A DNA stretch of 64,000 nucleotides, taken from positions 59,148,001 through 59,212,000 of the forward strand of contig NW_027362764.1 in NCBI RefSeq assembly GCF_046119375.1, read 5' to 3'. The position numbers and the translations under genes are program-made. Shown one piece after another: positions 23,929 to 36,590 of the stretch. The notes under the pieces were generated by a model, which saw only the letters and a program-made list of their open reading frames with translations, was not told the origin of the DNA and made no database searches. The stretch comes from Phyllobates terribilis. Lineage: Eukaryota. Every line of letters starts with the position of its first letter. Within the stretch, counting starts at the first letter, position 1.

Positions 23929-24305
23929 TTAAGGCAAAAAGTCATCTGAATTGACAAGTGCACTAAAAAGTATATCTGGCATTTGGTTGCAAATAATAAT
24001 CCTTGTTGTTAGTATACCCATTTTCCTTACTTCCTGCAGTTCTCTCAAAAGCAAGGGGTGTGCAATGTACTTGCAAAGTTGACTTATATCCCCATCCTTA
24101 GGTCTCACAATGCACTGATGAATTTACAATGCTTATGTGCTATAAGAGACAAGGATGGAAGTGGAATCCAAAAGGAGAAAGCTCTAGTTATTGAAAGCAA
24201 ATTTGGGAGGAGAGAAGAGGCGAATAGCAGTGCTGAGATGAATTGACAAACAAGGAGGCTAGCGAAAATAACAAGAGGATCACTGAAGAAGGCTGATCTA
24301 GGTAC

Positions 24306-24880
24306 TGTCACGGGTGTGTAAGAAGTGACAGACAGTCACCCTGCAGTTGGTTGCAGGAGATCTCTTTGTTTGGCATTACAGACACCTTCTTAGAAGCTGT
24401 CTCTCTAGGACCCAGGGGATACCTTCCTCTTGCCAATTAACACCCTGGCCTGCGTGTATAAATACCTGCTGTTTGCTAGAGGGAGGTGCTGGCGATACTC
24501 ACATGATCGCTTGTGAAGGCTTGGAGCAAGTGCATTTCTTCTTTCTCTCTGGTGCTAAGAGAACGTGTGTTCATCTCTCTGAACTCGACTAAAGCTAAGC
24601 TATTTTCCCTTGCTTGTTCCTCCTTGTTGTCTTTAGTTGTCAGTGGGGATCGACTGGCGTTCATCCCCTCCCATCCCTAGCCAGGGCCAAGAGCCAGGGA
24701 AAGACAGGGCGAGGTTCCTGTGCGGCGATTGGTGTGGAACCAATATAGGGATGTTAGGGGAGACAGGGTGATATAAGGTCAGCCTAGGAGGTCTCCATTA
24801 CCCCCTTTCCCTAGAGTCGTGGCCCCCTTTTTCTACTTCCCTTCATGTCACACTTAGGCTCTTCTACACCTTGCGTGACA
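24306..24880 (+). mobile_element. Solo LTR (575 bp), Tf1/sushi chromovirus-type
   Basis: tgtcacg...cgtgaca termini; 5-bp TSD GGTAC (24301-24305, 24881-24885); TATAAAT at 24457. Confidence 0.9.
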
Positions 24881-25654
24881 GGTACGATAAAAAAAGTCCA
24901 GCAGTTCACTATTGTGCAGAGCTGACCTCTGTGCAACAAGGAGGTTGTTACATATCGTATGTCTGCTTGCGTGTAAGGACCCGTCGTGTAATTTGTCCTG
25001 CTGGTCTGTAACTACTGGCGGACCGGTCATGACAACAGGCAGAGGGCAGCAAATTGTAAGTAAAGTATCCAAAACTTTAATGCAATTTTTTAGCCAAAAA
25101 ATATTCTTGGTAAAGAAATGATATTGTACTTTTCCTAGTCGCCAGATTGTCATTCTGATCAGCATAAGTTTATTGAAATGACAGTGACCATTTAAATGCT
25201 TTCATAGCACAAATAAAAAGATGGTGGAGTTAACTATCTGGTCAGAGTCTGCATAAGGGCTCCTGGACACCACCGATTTTCTCAGACGAGCGCCATCCAT
25301 GATTTTCACGGATAGCATTCATACCCATAATATTCCATGGGGTTGTGCAAATGTCTGATTTTTTCCTCGGACAGAGTGGTCCGTGCAAAAAAAATCAAAG
25401 ACATGTTCAATTTTGATCCGAGTGTTGGATCAAAATTAGCAATGCAAGTCTATGGGTCCATGTAAAAAGGAAAGGGAGAAAAAAAAATAAAAAAATCGGT
25501 CTGCACTCAAATGACATCTGAGTGCGACGCAATTTTCACTGACTGACAGAAAGGTTGAGAATTTTTTTTTTCCTCCACGTCCAAGAAAAACATGCCATTC
25601 TGATCAGAGTCGGATCAGAAAAATTGGACCTTTTTTCACTGATGTGGAGAATTT

Positions 25655-26006
25655 GGCAGCACGGTGGCTCGGTGATTAGCACTGTACGGTGGCTCGGTGG
25701 TTAGAACTGTTACACTGCAGTGCTGGGGTCCTGGACTCAAATCCCACCAAGGACAATATCTGCAAGGAGTTTGTATGTTCTCCCTGTGTTTGTGTGGGTT
25801 TCCTCCGGGTTCTCCGATTTCCTCCCACACTCCAAAGACCATACTGATAGGGAATTTAGATTGTGAGCCCCCAATGGGGACAGCGATGATGATGTATTCC
25901 CTATCAGTTTGTCTTTGGAGTATGGGAGGAAACCGGAGAACCTGGAGAAAACCCTGTGAAGGCGGGGAGAACATACAAACACTTCGCAGATGTTGTCCTT
26001 GGTAGA
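25655..26006 (+). mobile_element. tRNA-derived V-SINE copy with a duplicated head and a fold-back 3' part
   Basis: A-box-like tggctcggtgg (twice), B-box-like gactcaaatcc, V domain gtttgtatgttctccc...gggtttcctccggg. 25894-26006 is an inverted copy of its own V region. Confidence 0.8.
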
Positions 26007-26524
26007 ATTTTTTTATGCATTCAGAGTCCAGTACAAACAACCTGGCAACATTCTTTAGGTCAGTACAATTATGATGATCCGAGACAGGTTTTTTGTGTTT
26101 TTTTTTTTAGAATTTAGTGGTGAAAAAAATTCAGAACTTTGTTAAAAAAATTTAAAAAAATTGGTTTGTGTCTCCATTTTTTAATTTTCTGTTGATGTGA
26201 CTGTATTAGGGTTTGTTATTTTGTGTGGCGAGCATTTGTTTCTATTTGTACCATTTGGGGATTATATATGACAGCGCGATCCCTTTTTATTGCATTATTT
26301 GGAGAGGGGCGAAGACCGAAAAAAAAAGCATTTCCGTTTGATTTTCTTTTTCTTTATGGCATTTTTATTTATTTATTGATTCTCAAAATGCTGAACACCT
26401 TAGAGCAAATTGGGTTGAAACATTTGGTACTCAAGCCCCAAATGTTTCAGCATGTTGAGATTTCCAATACTCTGTTAAAATCCATTTTCTTTGATCTGTA
26501 TTTAAATTATTTGCCATTATGTGT

Positions 26525-26800
26525 TATAATAATAATAATCTTTATTTTTATATAGCGCTAACATATTCCGCAGCTCTTTACATACATTATCGTCACTGTC
26601 CCCCATCGGGGCTCACAATCTAGATTCCCTATCAGTATGGTCTTTGGAGCGTGGGAGGAAACCGGAGAACCTGGAGGAAACCCACACAAACATGGGGAGA
26701 ACATACAAACTCCTTGCAGATGTTGTCCTTGGTGGGATTTGAACCCAGGACCCCAGCGCTGCAAGGACATTGTGCTAACCACTGCGCCACTGTGCCGCCC
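26525..26800 (-). mobile_element. Full-length V-SINE
   Basis: Minus strand: A box tggcgcagtgg, B box ggttcaaatcc, V domain, and 3' tail ...gcgctatataaaaataaagattattattat. Confidence 0.85.
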
Positions 26801-26865
26801 ATGTTATCTGAATTATCTGAAAAGAAAACAGATTTGGCGGAGATCTATCTGTGAAAACTAGATCT

Positions 26866-27013
26866 GTGAAACTGGCTCAGTTGCCCTTAGCAACCAATCA
26901 GATTCCACCTTTCATTTTCCAAAGAGTCTGTGAGGAATGAAAAGTGGAATCTGATTGGTTGCTAAGGGCAACTGAGCCAGTTTCACTTTACACCATGTTT
27001 GATAAATCTCCCC
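26866..27013. mobile_element. Palindromic MITE core with one terminus (tttgataaatctcccc)
   Basis: Near-perfect arms of about 50 bp, gtgaaactggctcagttgcccttagcaaccaatcagattccac and its reverse complement (26866-26986). Confidence 0.7.
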
Positions 27014-27078
27014 CTTCATAACCTTATTACACTTTCTGTCCACCTACTTTTGGACCAACCTGTATATATTATATATAT

Positions 27079-27109
<31 letters not shown>

Positions 27110-27503
27110 TTATTTTTTTTATTATTTTATTTAACTTTTTTAGATACAGATTTAAAACTTTTTTCCATGATTTTAAGCTATTTCTTTATTATCCCTGGGG
27201 GAGTTGAACATGTTATTGTACTGTATACAGCAATATTTCTGGGAATTTAACGATCTCCTATGAAACCCAGACGCAAGCACAAACGCAGGATGTCAAAAAA
27301 AGGGTTTTAAAGTGTTGTTTAGGACTAAGATATTGATGATCATCAATACCATATTATGGGAGTCCGACACCTGTCACCGCCACCAATCAGCTGTTACCAG
27401 TTCCCGCGGTGGCTGGAAGTACACAGCGTACAGAACCAGAACACCACGGCTCCCTATACTATCCAGAGGCCATTCTCAGGTACTGCATCTCAGCTCCTAT
27501 TAA

Positions 27504-27871
27504 AGGGATGGTCCAGGACTTTAATACTGATGACCTATCCTTAGGATAGGTCATCAATGTCTGATTGGTGGAGGTGTGGCACCCGAAACACTCGCCGATC
27601 AGCTGTTTCAGACATTGGTGGCAGCCGAAACTGCTCAGTTGTGGAGCTGCACATCTCCCCCGACTGTATAGTGGCCCGGGCCGGGTACTGCACATTAGCC
27701 TACTATTCAAATCAATAGGGCCGCGGCCAATATTCCGACGTCTGAGCAGCACTGCGCAGCTCCGCAACTGAGCAGTTCCGGCTGCCACCAACAACATCGG
27801 GAACAGCTGATCAGACATTGATGACCTATTTTAAGGGTAGGTCATCAATGTTAAAGTCCCGGACAAGCCTT
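27504..27871. mobile_element. T2/Kolobok-type MITE
   Basis: TTAA at 27500-27503 and 27872-27875; same family as 23546-23928. Confidence 0.75.
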
Positions 27872-27896
27872 TTAATGCCTCGGCTGTGAGACATAA

Positions 27897-28474
27897 TGTC
27901 ACGCCAGGTGTGGGAAAGACTTAGTGCAACACAATGGGAAAAGGGAAAGGGAGCCCAGACACTAGGGAAAGGGGGAAGGTGAGACCTCCTAGTCTGGTCT
28001 AGTGTCACCATGTCTCAACTACCGTCCCTATATTGGCTCTTCAGTCTTCACCAATCGCCGCACGCGTGCCTTGCCCTGACTTTCCCTGTCTTATGGCTAA
28101 GGCTAGGGACGGGAGGAGAAGAGCACTAGTCGATCTCCACTAAACTCTATAGACAACAAGGGTAGACAAACAGGGGGGAATTGCTTAGCTTTAGACGACT
28201 CCAGCCAAATGCGCACACGGCCTCAAGCTCCAGAGAGGACGAAGTACTGCTCTTGCTAAAGCCTCACAAGTAGTAATGAATATCACCGGCACCTCCCTCT
28301 CAGACACACCAGGTATTCATATATCCAGGCCAGGGAGCTAATTAGCCAGAGGGAGGTAGCCGCTGGGTCCTAGATACAGCCAGCCTTTAAGAAGATGTCT
28401 GTAATGCCAAACGTAGAGATCTCCTGAAACCAACTGCAGGGCGACTGTCTGTCACCTCTGACACACCCGTGACA
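27897..28474 (-). mobile_element. Solo LTR (578 bp), same family as 24306-24880
   Basis: tgtcacg...cgtgaca termini; TSD CATAA (27892-27896, 28475-28479). Confidence 0.9.
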
Positions 28475-28949
28475 CATAAGTAACATGAACATTTCCTTTT
28501 ACTAACAGCAAGCAGTGAATATGGTGTGGAATGGAAAAACTAAAAGTTAAATGGAAACTGCTCAAAACTTTTCATTGCACAGATCGATCGTTCATTTATA
28601 CAAGACTAGACAATCCCTTTAAGGCTCTAGACCAAAGAAAGGATTAAGGCACTGATATATGGAATATTTTATTTTTTCGATGTGAAGCTCTCTAGTTTGG
28701 GGAATATTTGACACAAAGAATCTAGATGACAAGTTCCAGTCGAAAAGTGCAATGAATTCCCTTTAGAAACCAAAAACTGTCAATCTTGGCATTTCTTCAC
28801 CGAGGTCACAAAGCCCGGAGACAGCAGTGACTTCGCCAATACGGCAGCAGAATAAAAATCTATCACTGCGGACCTGTACTCTTTACCAGTCTGTAGGGAA
28901 TTACTTACACGGCTATTCCATAACATGTTTTTTTTTGTTTGTTTGTTTT

Positions 28950-29780
28950 TTTACTACATTCACTGAATGCTAAAACGGACCTGCCATTATTATTCTCCAG
29001 GTCATTACGAGTACGTACACACAAAACATGTATAGGTTCTTTTTTATTTAAGTAGTGAAAAAAAAACAAACAAAAGTTTGTTAAAAAAAAAAATAAATAA
29101 ATAAATAAATAAATAAATAAATGGTGCCATTTTCCGAGACCCGTAGCGTCTCCATTTTTCGGGATCTAGGGCCGGGTGAGGGCTTATCTTGTGCGATCGA
29201 GCGGACGTTTTTTATTGATACTATTTTGGGGAAGATCCTAAGTTTTCACCGCCCCTTATTGCATTTTATTGCAATGTTGCGACGACCAAAAAGACGTAAT
29301 TCTGGCGTTTAGAATTTTTTTCTTGTTACGCCGTTTACCGATCGGATTAATTGTTTTTTATATTGCTACATCGGGCGATTCTGAATGCGGCGGTACCAAA
29401 TATGTGTATGTGTTTTCTTTTTATTATTATTTTATTTTGAATGGGGCGAAAGGGGGGTGATTTAAACTCATATTTTTTTTTCATTTAATATTTTTAAAAA
29501 CATTTTATTTACACTTTCTGCATGCTTCAATATTCTCCATTGGAGACTAGAAGCAGCACTTGTCCGATCACCTCTGCTGCATACAGGCGATGAACAGATC
29601 ACCTCTATGTAGCAGAAATGCTCACTCGCTATGAGCGCAGACCACTGGGCGGAGCTCATAGAAATCAAGTCATGACAACCACAGGGGTCTGCTGCAGACC
29701 CCGGGTTGTCATGCCAACCCATTGGTGACCCGCGATCATGTGACGGTGTCACCGATGGGAGGGGCTAATGCCACACTTCT
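28950..29780. mobile_element. Internal fragment of a non-autonomous DNA element (piggyBac-like family)
   Basis: Shares sequence style and motifs with 3397-6580 and 26050-26330. Termini not found. Confidence 0.4.
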
Positions 29781-29783
29781 GGC

Positions 29784-29890
29784 TGTCACGGGTGTGTCAG
29801 AGGTGACAGACAGTCGCCCTACAGTTGGTTGCAGGAGATCTCTACGTTTGGCGTTACAGACATCTTCTTAGAGGCCGGCTGTCTCTAGGA
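29784..29890 (+). mobile_element. 5' fragment of a tgtcacggg-family LTR
   Basis: Matches the first ~110 bp of 24306-24880, then breaks into Tc1 sequence. Confidence 0.8.
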
Positions 29891-31073
29891 CTCTCTCGTC
29901 CATTGAATTTGTCAGGTTTTGGATGGTTTCTGCTTCAATTGTTTTGCATGAGGACAGAATACCCTCCCAGAGCTGTTGCTTAGATGTGAACTGCCTCCCG
30001 CCATCATAGACACTCCTTTTGATGATGCTCCAGAGGTTCTCAATGGGGTTGAGGTCAGGGGAGCATGGGTGCCACACCATAAGTTTGTCCCCTTTTATGC
30101 CCATAGCAGCCAGAGATGCAGATGTGTTATGTGCAGCATGAGATGGGGCATTATCATGCATGAAAATGATCTCGATGGTCCAGATGGATGGAGTGGAGGA
30201 TGGCTGGTTGATGGACACCCCATGCAAACACGGCTACGGCGCCAACAAGGAGGAGGTGGAGTAATGTTTTGGGCTGGAATCATGGGAGATTGTCGGCCCT
30301 TTTAGGATCCCTGAAGGGGTAAAGATGAACTCCGTAATGTATGTTGAGTTTCTCAAACAGCACTTCCTTCCATGGTTCAAGAAGAAGAACCGTGCATTCC
30401 GCAGCAAGATCATTTTCATGCATGATAATGCCCCGTCTCATGCTGCACATAACACATCTGCATCTCTGGCTGCTAAGGGCATAAAAGGGGACAAACTTAT
30501 GGTGTGGCACCCATGCTCCCCTGACCTCAACCCCATTGAGAACCTCTAGAGCATCATCAAAAGGAGTGTCTATGATGGCAGGAGGCAGTTCACATCTAAG
30601 CAACAGCTCTGGGAGGGTATTTTGTCCTCATGCGAAACAATTGAAGCAGAAACCATCCAAAACCTGACAAATTCAATGGACGAGAGAGTTCAGAAGCTCC
30701 TTTCGAACAAGCGGTCGTATGTGCAAATGTAACATCACCTAGAATAAAGTTTTGAGTTGAAAACTGTTTGATTTCAGTTTGTAATAACCTGCTAATGCTT
30801 ATAATTTCAAAAATGACCATTTTTTTGTTCTTTATTAAAATGAAAAGGTTGAAAACTCTGCTGTGCATAATAATTTGGAACATGCATTTTGAGTGCAGTT
30901 TGAGTTTTTTTTTTTTTTTTTAAATATACTGTTATCATAGGTAGTTTGTACAAAAACCTTTCAATTGTACTCTAATAGTTATTTGACTGGAAAATTACAA
31001 TGACTGCAATTCATATAGGTAATTTGGGAAAATCTGAGAAAATATTATTTGCATAATAATTTGGAACACAGTG
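29891..31073 (+). mobile_element. Rearranged Tc1-like DD37E (TRT-type) element with an internal inverted duplication
   Basis: Reads DGPDGW...HDNAPSH...SPDLNPIEN, with 37 residues between D and E. Right TIR ends ...aatttggaacacagtg-TA. About 29891-30171 is the reverse complement of about 30407-30690. Confidence 0.85.
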
Positions 31074-31075
31074 TA

Positions 31076-31416
31076 GTTTCTTCTTGGAGTTCCTTTGTGA
31101 TCGTTGTCCTGACTGCTCTGGTGTCTTCTCAAAGCTAAGTGTATCCTCTTGTCTCTTTGCCTTGTTTGTCTTTAGTTGCAGTGGGGGCTGACTAGTGCTC
31201 ACCTCTTCCCCTCCCTACCTAGGGCCTAGCTGTAGGGTCAGTAGGGATTAGGTATCCTGCTCGGTGATAGGTAAGGAACCTATTTAGGGGAGCCAGGTGT
31301 GTTGTAAGATCTACCTAGGGGTCTCCACTCCCTCTTTCCCTAGTTGCTGAGCCCCTCCCCCACACACACCTTTTCCCTTCATCGTATGCTGGGTCCTTCC
31401 GATACCTAGCATAACA
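31076..31416 (+). mobile_element. 3' half of a related chromovirus-type LTR
   Basis: Similar to 24590-24880 (aaagctaag...gtctttagttg...ccctag); ends gcataaca. Confidence 0.6.
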
Positions 31417-32607
31417 ACATGGTTCAAAAGATATGGATATTTTTAGAACTTTTTCCAAGGGGGTGTGGTTCACCCCAATAATGCCAAGCAGCTTAAAAGA
31501 CACGCCCCAGAGGTTCCTGTGAGCATCACCCCCTTGGAAAGACCAAAAAATTAGCACTAAATAAAAAGGCACAATGTTTTTTTTTTTTTAAGGGGGTGTT
31601 ACTCACATGATTCTCTGGGGGCATGTGTTTTAACTGCTCTGCATTAATTACCCTGTGAGCTTAGCCAATTTGGTAAAAAAATTGACAAAATAAACAGATT
31701 AAAAAGACCTAGAATCAAATAACATTAAAAAAAAGAAAAAAAAAGATGATAAAATGGAACTCAGGGGGCTAAGGGAATAAAATAAGAGAAAAAGAGGCAA
31801 CTTTTGACTTTATGACGAGGCGCTTTAAAATCTAAAATTATATATAGTTTGTAAAGAAAATAGCTCTCTCTGTACTGACATCTATTGGTCATAAGTGGTA
31901 CTACAGCTACAATTAAAAAATTATATTGGTAGTTTACACAATTATCAATCATTTACAGATTTAAACGTTTAATTATAAGGCGATTACAATTTAGCAAAGT
32001 TTTCTCTTCCTGTAAAATGATTTCCTGTTAATATTATTTATTATTATAGCGCCATTTATTCCATGGCGTTTTACATAATAACCCCCAACATAATGACTAA
32101 CACTTGTTTAACCTCCAAAAATGGCCCTGATTAGGGAAGTCTATAGCGAGGCTGGAGGCCATGTCCTTACTGACAACATAATTAAGCTTAGTGCGGAGGA
32201 ATGCGGATTCTTCCTCGGGGTCTTGCCCTTCATTAGTTTCCTTATCTGCTGATACATTCCTTATTTGTTTTTCATCATGAAGAATGCTGGGTGTTGTTGT
32301 TACCTACTGAAATGTCATGCAAACAGCGGCTGGGGTTAGTTTCTTTTATTTTTTTAGCGGCTGGGGTTAGTTTCTCCTTCGGTGACATTGACAAGGAATG
32401 TGGTCTAGTTCCTGGCTGGAATATAACGGCCACAGACTGAATCTACTGCGGGCAATGAGCCAGCGCATAATGTAATGTAATGTAACACACGCCAAAGAAA
32501 CACAAATCAAAAGGAACCTGCAGCAACCAGTGACAAAGCGAATCTCCCTCTTAATTTCTCAGGTGCGTAAATAATTCCTTTAATCTGGCATCCAGTAGTT
32601 TGTTACT

Positions 32608-33080
32608 TAAAAGGAGTTGCCCGGGATTTAAAGTGTACTTGTCATCTCAGTTCAGAATAAGCAACCCTGTACATTTACTAGAAGATAAATAATATTTCTG
32701 GCCGTTATATGACTTGCATTCTGCATTTTTTTCTCCATTTTTCCCCTTTGCAGAATAGATTTCTAATTTTCAGTTGACTCTGAGTTGGTAGGTGGACACA
32801 AAACAGCAGCACGGAGGCCATTATCGAGTTGTACTGAGCAGTGTAATTGTGAATCCAGCACTGGAATGAGACAAAACATGTACTAAAAAGCAGCAGGGGT
32901 CTGGAAGTGCCTCGGCTTTATTCTGCACCTCCTTCTCCTTCGACTTTGATAGGCAGCTATAATCAGAGTCCTTAATGAGTTGGCGGTCTGTTTTTCAGAG
33001 TGGATGGTAAGCTCAGGATGCGAGTGGGGGGAGGGAGAGGTGGCTCATAAGTGGAGAAAGAAGACCATTTCTCTCATAGG
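32608..33080. mobile_element. Non-autonomous element of the family that hosts the 42-bp satellite
   Basis: Shares atttctggcc.ttatatgacttg...ttttcagttg and gctcataagtggaga motifs with 34206-34740 and 50702 onward. Confidence 0.55.
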
Positions 33081-33087
33081 ATATAAT

Positions 33088-33382
33088 TAGTGATGAGCGA
33101 GCATGCTTGTTTAACCCTTTAACCGAACATGCTCGGGTGCTTACCGAGTATCTTTGGCATGCTCGTATATTAGGTTAGAGTCCCTGCTGCTGCATGATTT
33201 ACAGCTGTAAGACAGCCTTAACACATGTGAAGATTTCCTAACAAACAGGCAATCCCTGCATGTGTTGAGGCTGTCTTACAGCTGTAAATCACGAACATAA
33301 TATATGAGCACTCCGAAGATACTCGGTAAGAACCCGATCATGCTCGGTTAAAGGGTTAAACAAGCATTCTCGCTAATCACTA
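33088..33382. mobile_element. Palindromic MITE (tagtgatgagcg...cgctaatcacta)
   Basis: Almost fully self-complementary. No convincing TSD. Confidence 0.75.
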
Positions 33383-34205
33383 AATATACCGTAATATATA
33401 TATACACACAGCATATAGTTGCCCAAAATTTAAAGTACACTCATTTCAGTTCAGAATTAGCCTTTGTCATGGCACGGTTTGGGGATTCAAGCCAAAGAAA
33501 AGTTGCTTCGTGGTCAGTTCTTTTGTCTGCTGAGCTATTGCTCTTTTCCTTCCCTGTACAAATGCTGTTTATTCCTATTGTCTTTATTCTCCCTTCTTGG
33601 TTTGCACCCCTCCAGATGTTTTCCATTTTCCCCATTTTGGTTTGTCCTATCATGTTCTGATTGGGGCTTTATATATTATCCCTTCACTGCACTTCCTTGC
33701 TGGCTATACTTCAACGTGGATTTCTGCTACGGCGTTCCAGCAATCCCGTTCTAGCAAAGGGATTTACCCGGCTAGATTTACACCTCTTATATTCTTGTTG
33801 TATGTCTGTTTGTCTACCTTCCAAGCACCCTTTCCTTTTATCACTTTTAGGCTTCTGGGAGGCTATTCTTCTTTTGTTTATTTCTTTGGTGCTATCTTAA
33901 TTATTCCCTCTCTCCCCTTTTATCAATGTGCTTTAAGTATCTAACCCTCTGTCTTCATATCCACCTGTACACCTGTTCCTTGTTGGCAGAGAGTTGCCGT
34001 CTCCCCTCTGGTTCCTCAGGAGGCACGAGAAATCCCTCAACGGCCTTTTAACTAGTCAGGTCCTAGGTGGTGTTTTAAGTTGTTGAGCCAGGAATTTACT
34101 AATCTGTACAGGGACCAGTTGGGCATAGGTGCTGCTTCTCTCGATAGCAAGTCTTTCTTACTTCCTTTACCCGTGTTGGAGTGTGGCACTTGCATAACAG
34201 CCTGT

Positions 34206-34740
34206 ATATTTGTGAACATGAAGAATAACATTATTTCTGGCCATTATATGACTTGTATCCTGCATTTTTCACCAGTCTTCACCTCAGTAGGCTATATCTC
34301 TAATTTTCAGTTGGTGGGTGGAAATGAGCCGTCATGATGTCTTCCATGCATAGCACACACAGACATGAGGGATTTCTGCTCTCCAGTCTTTATGTAGCAC
34401 ATGTTCAAAAGCAGCAGTATGGGGGCCATCATGCAGCAATACTGAGCAGGGTAGCTGTGAATCCTGCACTGAAATGAAATAAACATGTACTAGAAAGCAG
34501 CAGGGGTCTGCGAGTGCCTGTTTATTCATCTCCTCCCTCTCCCTGCTTCTCCATAGACTTTGAGGACTCTGATTATAGCTGGCTATCATCAGTGAGCTGG
34601 CATTCTGTTTTTCAGACTGAATGGTGAATTCAGGGGGCAGGAGGAAGGAGAAGAAGTGGCTTATAAGTGGAGAAAAAAGCATATTTCTCAGAAACCATAT
34701 TAAAACCTCTCATATTCACTTGTACTATTAATTTAATTCC
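34206..34740. mobile_element. Non-autonomous element carrying a single copy of the 42-bp satellite unit (34350-34391)
   Basis: Contains atagcacacacagacatgagggatttctgctctccagtcttt once, in the same flanking context as the array at 50861. Confidence 0.65.
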
Positions 34741-36429
34741 CTGCATGTAAATCTAGTCTTGTTAGCCAAGTAGGCATGGTCCTCAACTCCTCCTTGTGGA
34801 GTAAGCTGGCTACAAATACAAGATTTAAATACAAGAAAGTGGGGGCCATATCTCAGGAACAGAGCAGTGCGTGAACACAAGACAAACAATACCAAATTCA
34901 GGAGAACGGTGGCATTTCTACAACATAAAAAAATTACATATTTATGGCAGGTGAAAGGTTCTCTTTAAATTAGTACTGTATATGATTAGAAAACATGGCT
35001 GCTTTATTTCATGGAAAAGCATCACACCTGTCGAGGGGTTGTGTCTGGCACCTTTTGAAATAAATTGGTCCAAGTAGCAATATCACAGTCCAATAATCTC
35101 ACTGGGCGCTGTGTAATGCTTGTTTTCTCCTGTAGGAGCACTGTTGAAAAATTGAACACTTGTTGTGTTCCCTCACACATCACAGCTGATCAGCGAGGGT
35201 CCTAGACATTCTGCCATGAAATTCTCTTATAATACTCCACAGGGAATAGATGAAGACCACACCCATTTGGCTAAATTGATATACAGGGAAGAAAGGGTCA
35301 TATCTCAGGAACGGAGAGGCGTAGGAACAAAATAAAGATATCACCAGAATCAGGGAAAGAGTGGTATTTACACAATTTATTACATATTAATGGCAAGTGA
35401 CAGGTCCACTTAAAGTGTTTTGGACTATTGACCATATACTTGGCGTGTCTCCAGATTTTCTCGTATTTGGTCTTCATCTTATTCAACTTTTCGCTGGTCA
35501 TTCTTGACCTTCTTTACCTTTAAGTATCAACAGCTCCACAACAAGATGTTTTCCACTTGGTCACATGAGCCTCGAGTATAAAGTTCTATGTTGGCATCCA
35601 GTGGTCGGTGTCCGTCTTGGGCTGAGGACAAGCGGCGAGGAAAACTCCTAATTTCCTGACTTATTTAACCCTTGTGGAATTGTTTGCAGGAACAGAAACT
35701 CTTTCATAAATCTTCACTGGGATCACTAATGCATTCCTTTCCCCCAATGCTTAGAGAGTGACTGGCGTTCAGGCTGCATCATCACGACCCACAAATAGGC
35801 TGTAACTGTGGGGAATGTGCGTCCATGGGAATGTGTTTCCAGCCGGTCTCCTGCCGCTGTGCGCGGATTACTTACAGGATATGAGAGGATGAGGTTACAA
35901 TGTAAGCACTGTAGGCCGGGCCGTGTGATGTAATACATCCGCCGAAGTGTGAGGAAACTAATCCGTGACACTTTTAAAAAAAAAAAAAAAAAAAGGGGGA
36001 AATTATTTGTGACCGCACTAGAGCAACTTTCTTTTTAGGACTTATTCTTAAAGGGAACGTGTCTCCTGGTTTTTCCAAATTTAAACCAGTCGTTCGCATC
36101 ACGTAAATCATGCCCAAAAGCCCTGCGGCCGCGCGGATCTCCACAATGAAGCTTTACACTTGTGCTGTATGCTAAATGTTACCAAGTGTTCCAAGGGGCA
36201 GCTCCGGACCACGCTTGGTGCAACCTCTCTACCGCCCCCTCTGTCTGTGATTGAACACAGCACATTGCGCAGGTGGAGACCCTCAGCTTTACCGCGTAGG
36301 TACGAGACTTGCTGGCGGCGTGGATGACGTAGGAGACATCATCCAAATCCCAAATGGAGGAACGATGATTGGGTGTGTCAAGCATGGTCCCGAGATTCCC
36401 ATCGGATCGCCCAGCAGCAACCAGTATAC

Positions 36430-36590
36430 AGCATGTTCCTTCCTCAGCCAATGACTTATTAAATGAATCCTCCCTTTTTACATTTTCTCATTCCTGTCTG
36501 CAGGACTTCTCCAGTGCTGCACCCATTCTGTGGAAAGCACTGCCCCAGACCGTTAGATTTGCTTATAATACTTGTGGCTTTTAAAGAGGG
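36430..36590 (+). mobile_element. LINE (L2-type) ORF2 3' fragment
   Basis: Translates SSANDLL...HSCLQDFSSAAPILWKALPQTVR, resembling the L2 ORF2 C-terminus (RLQDFSRAAPxLWNxLP). Confidence 0.6.

Noticed and set aside
33430-34110. Purine/pyrimidine-skewed tract as a decayed LINE ORF
   Set aside because: All frames have frequent stops and no RT or endonuclease motif could be recognised.
35518-35621. In-frame TGA after Cys (LWSC*YLK) as possible selenocysteine
   Set aside because: No resemblance to selenoprotein motifs I know, no SECIS identified, and exon status is unproven.
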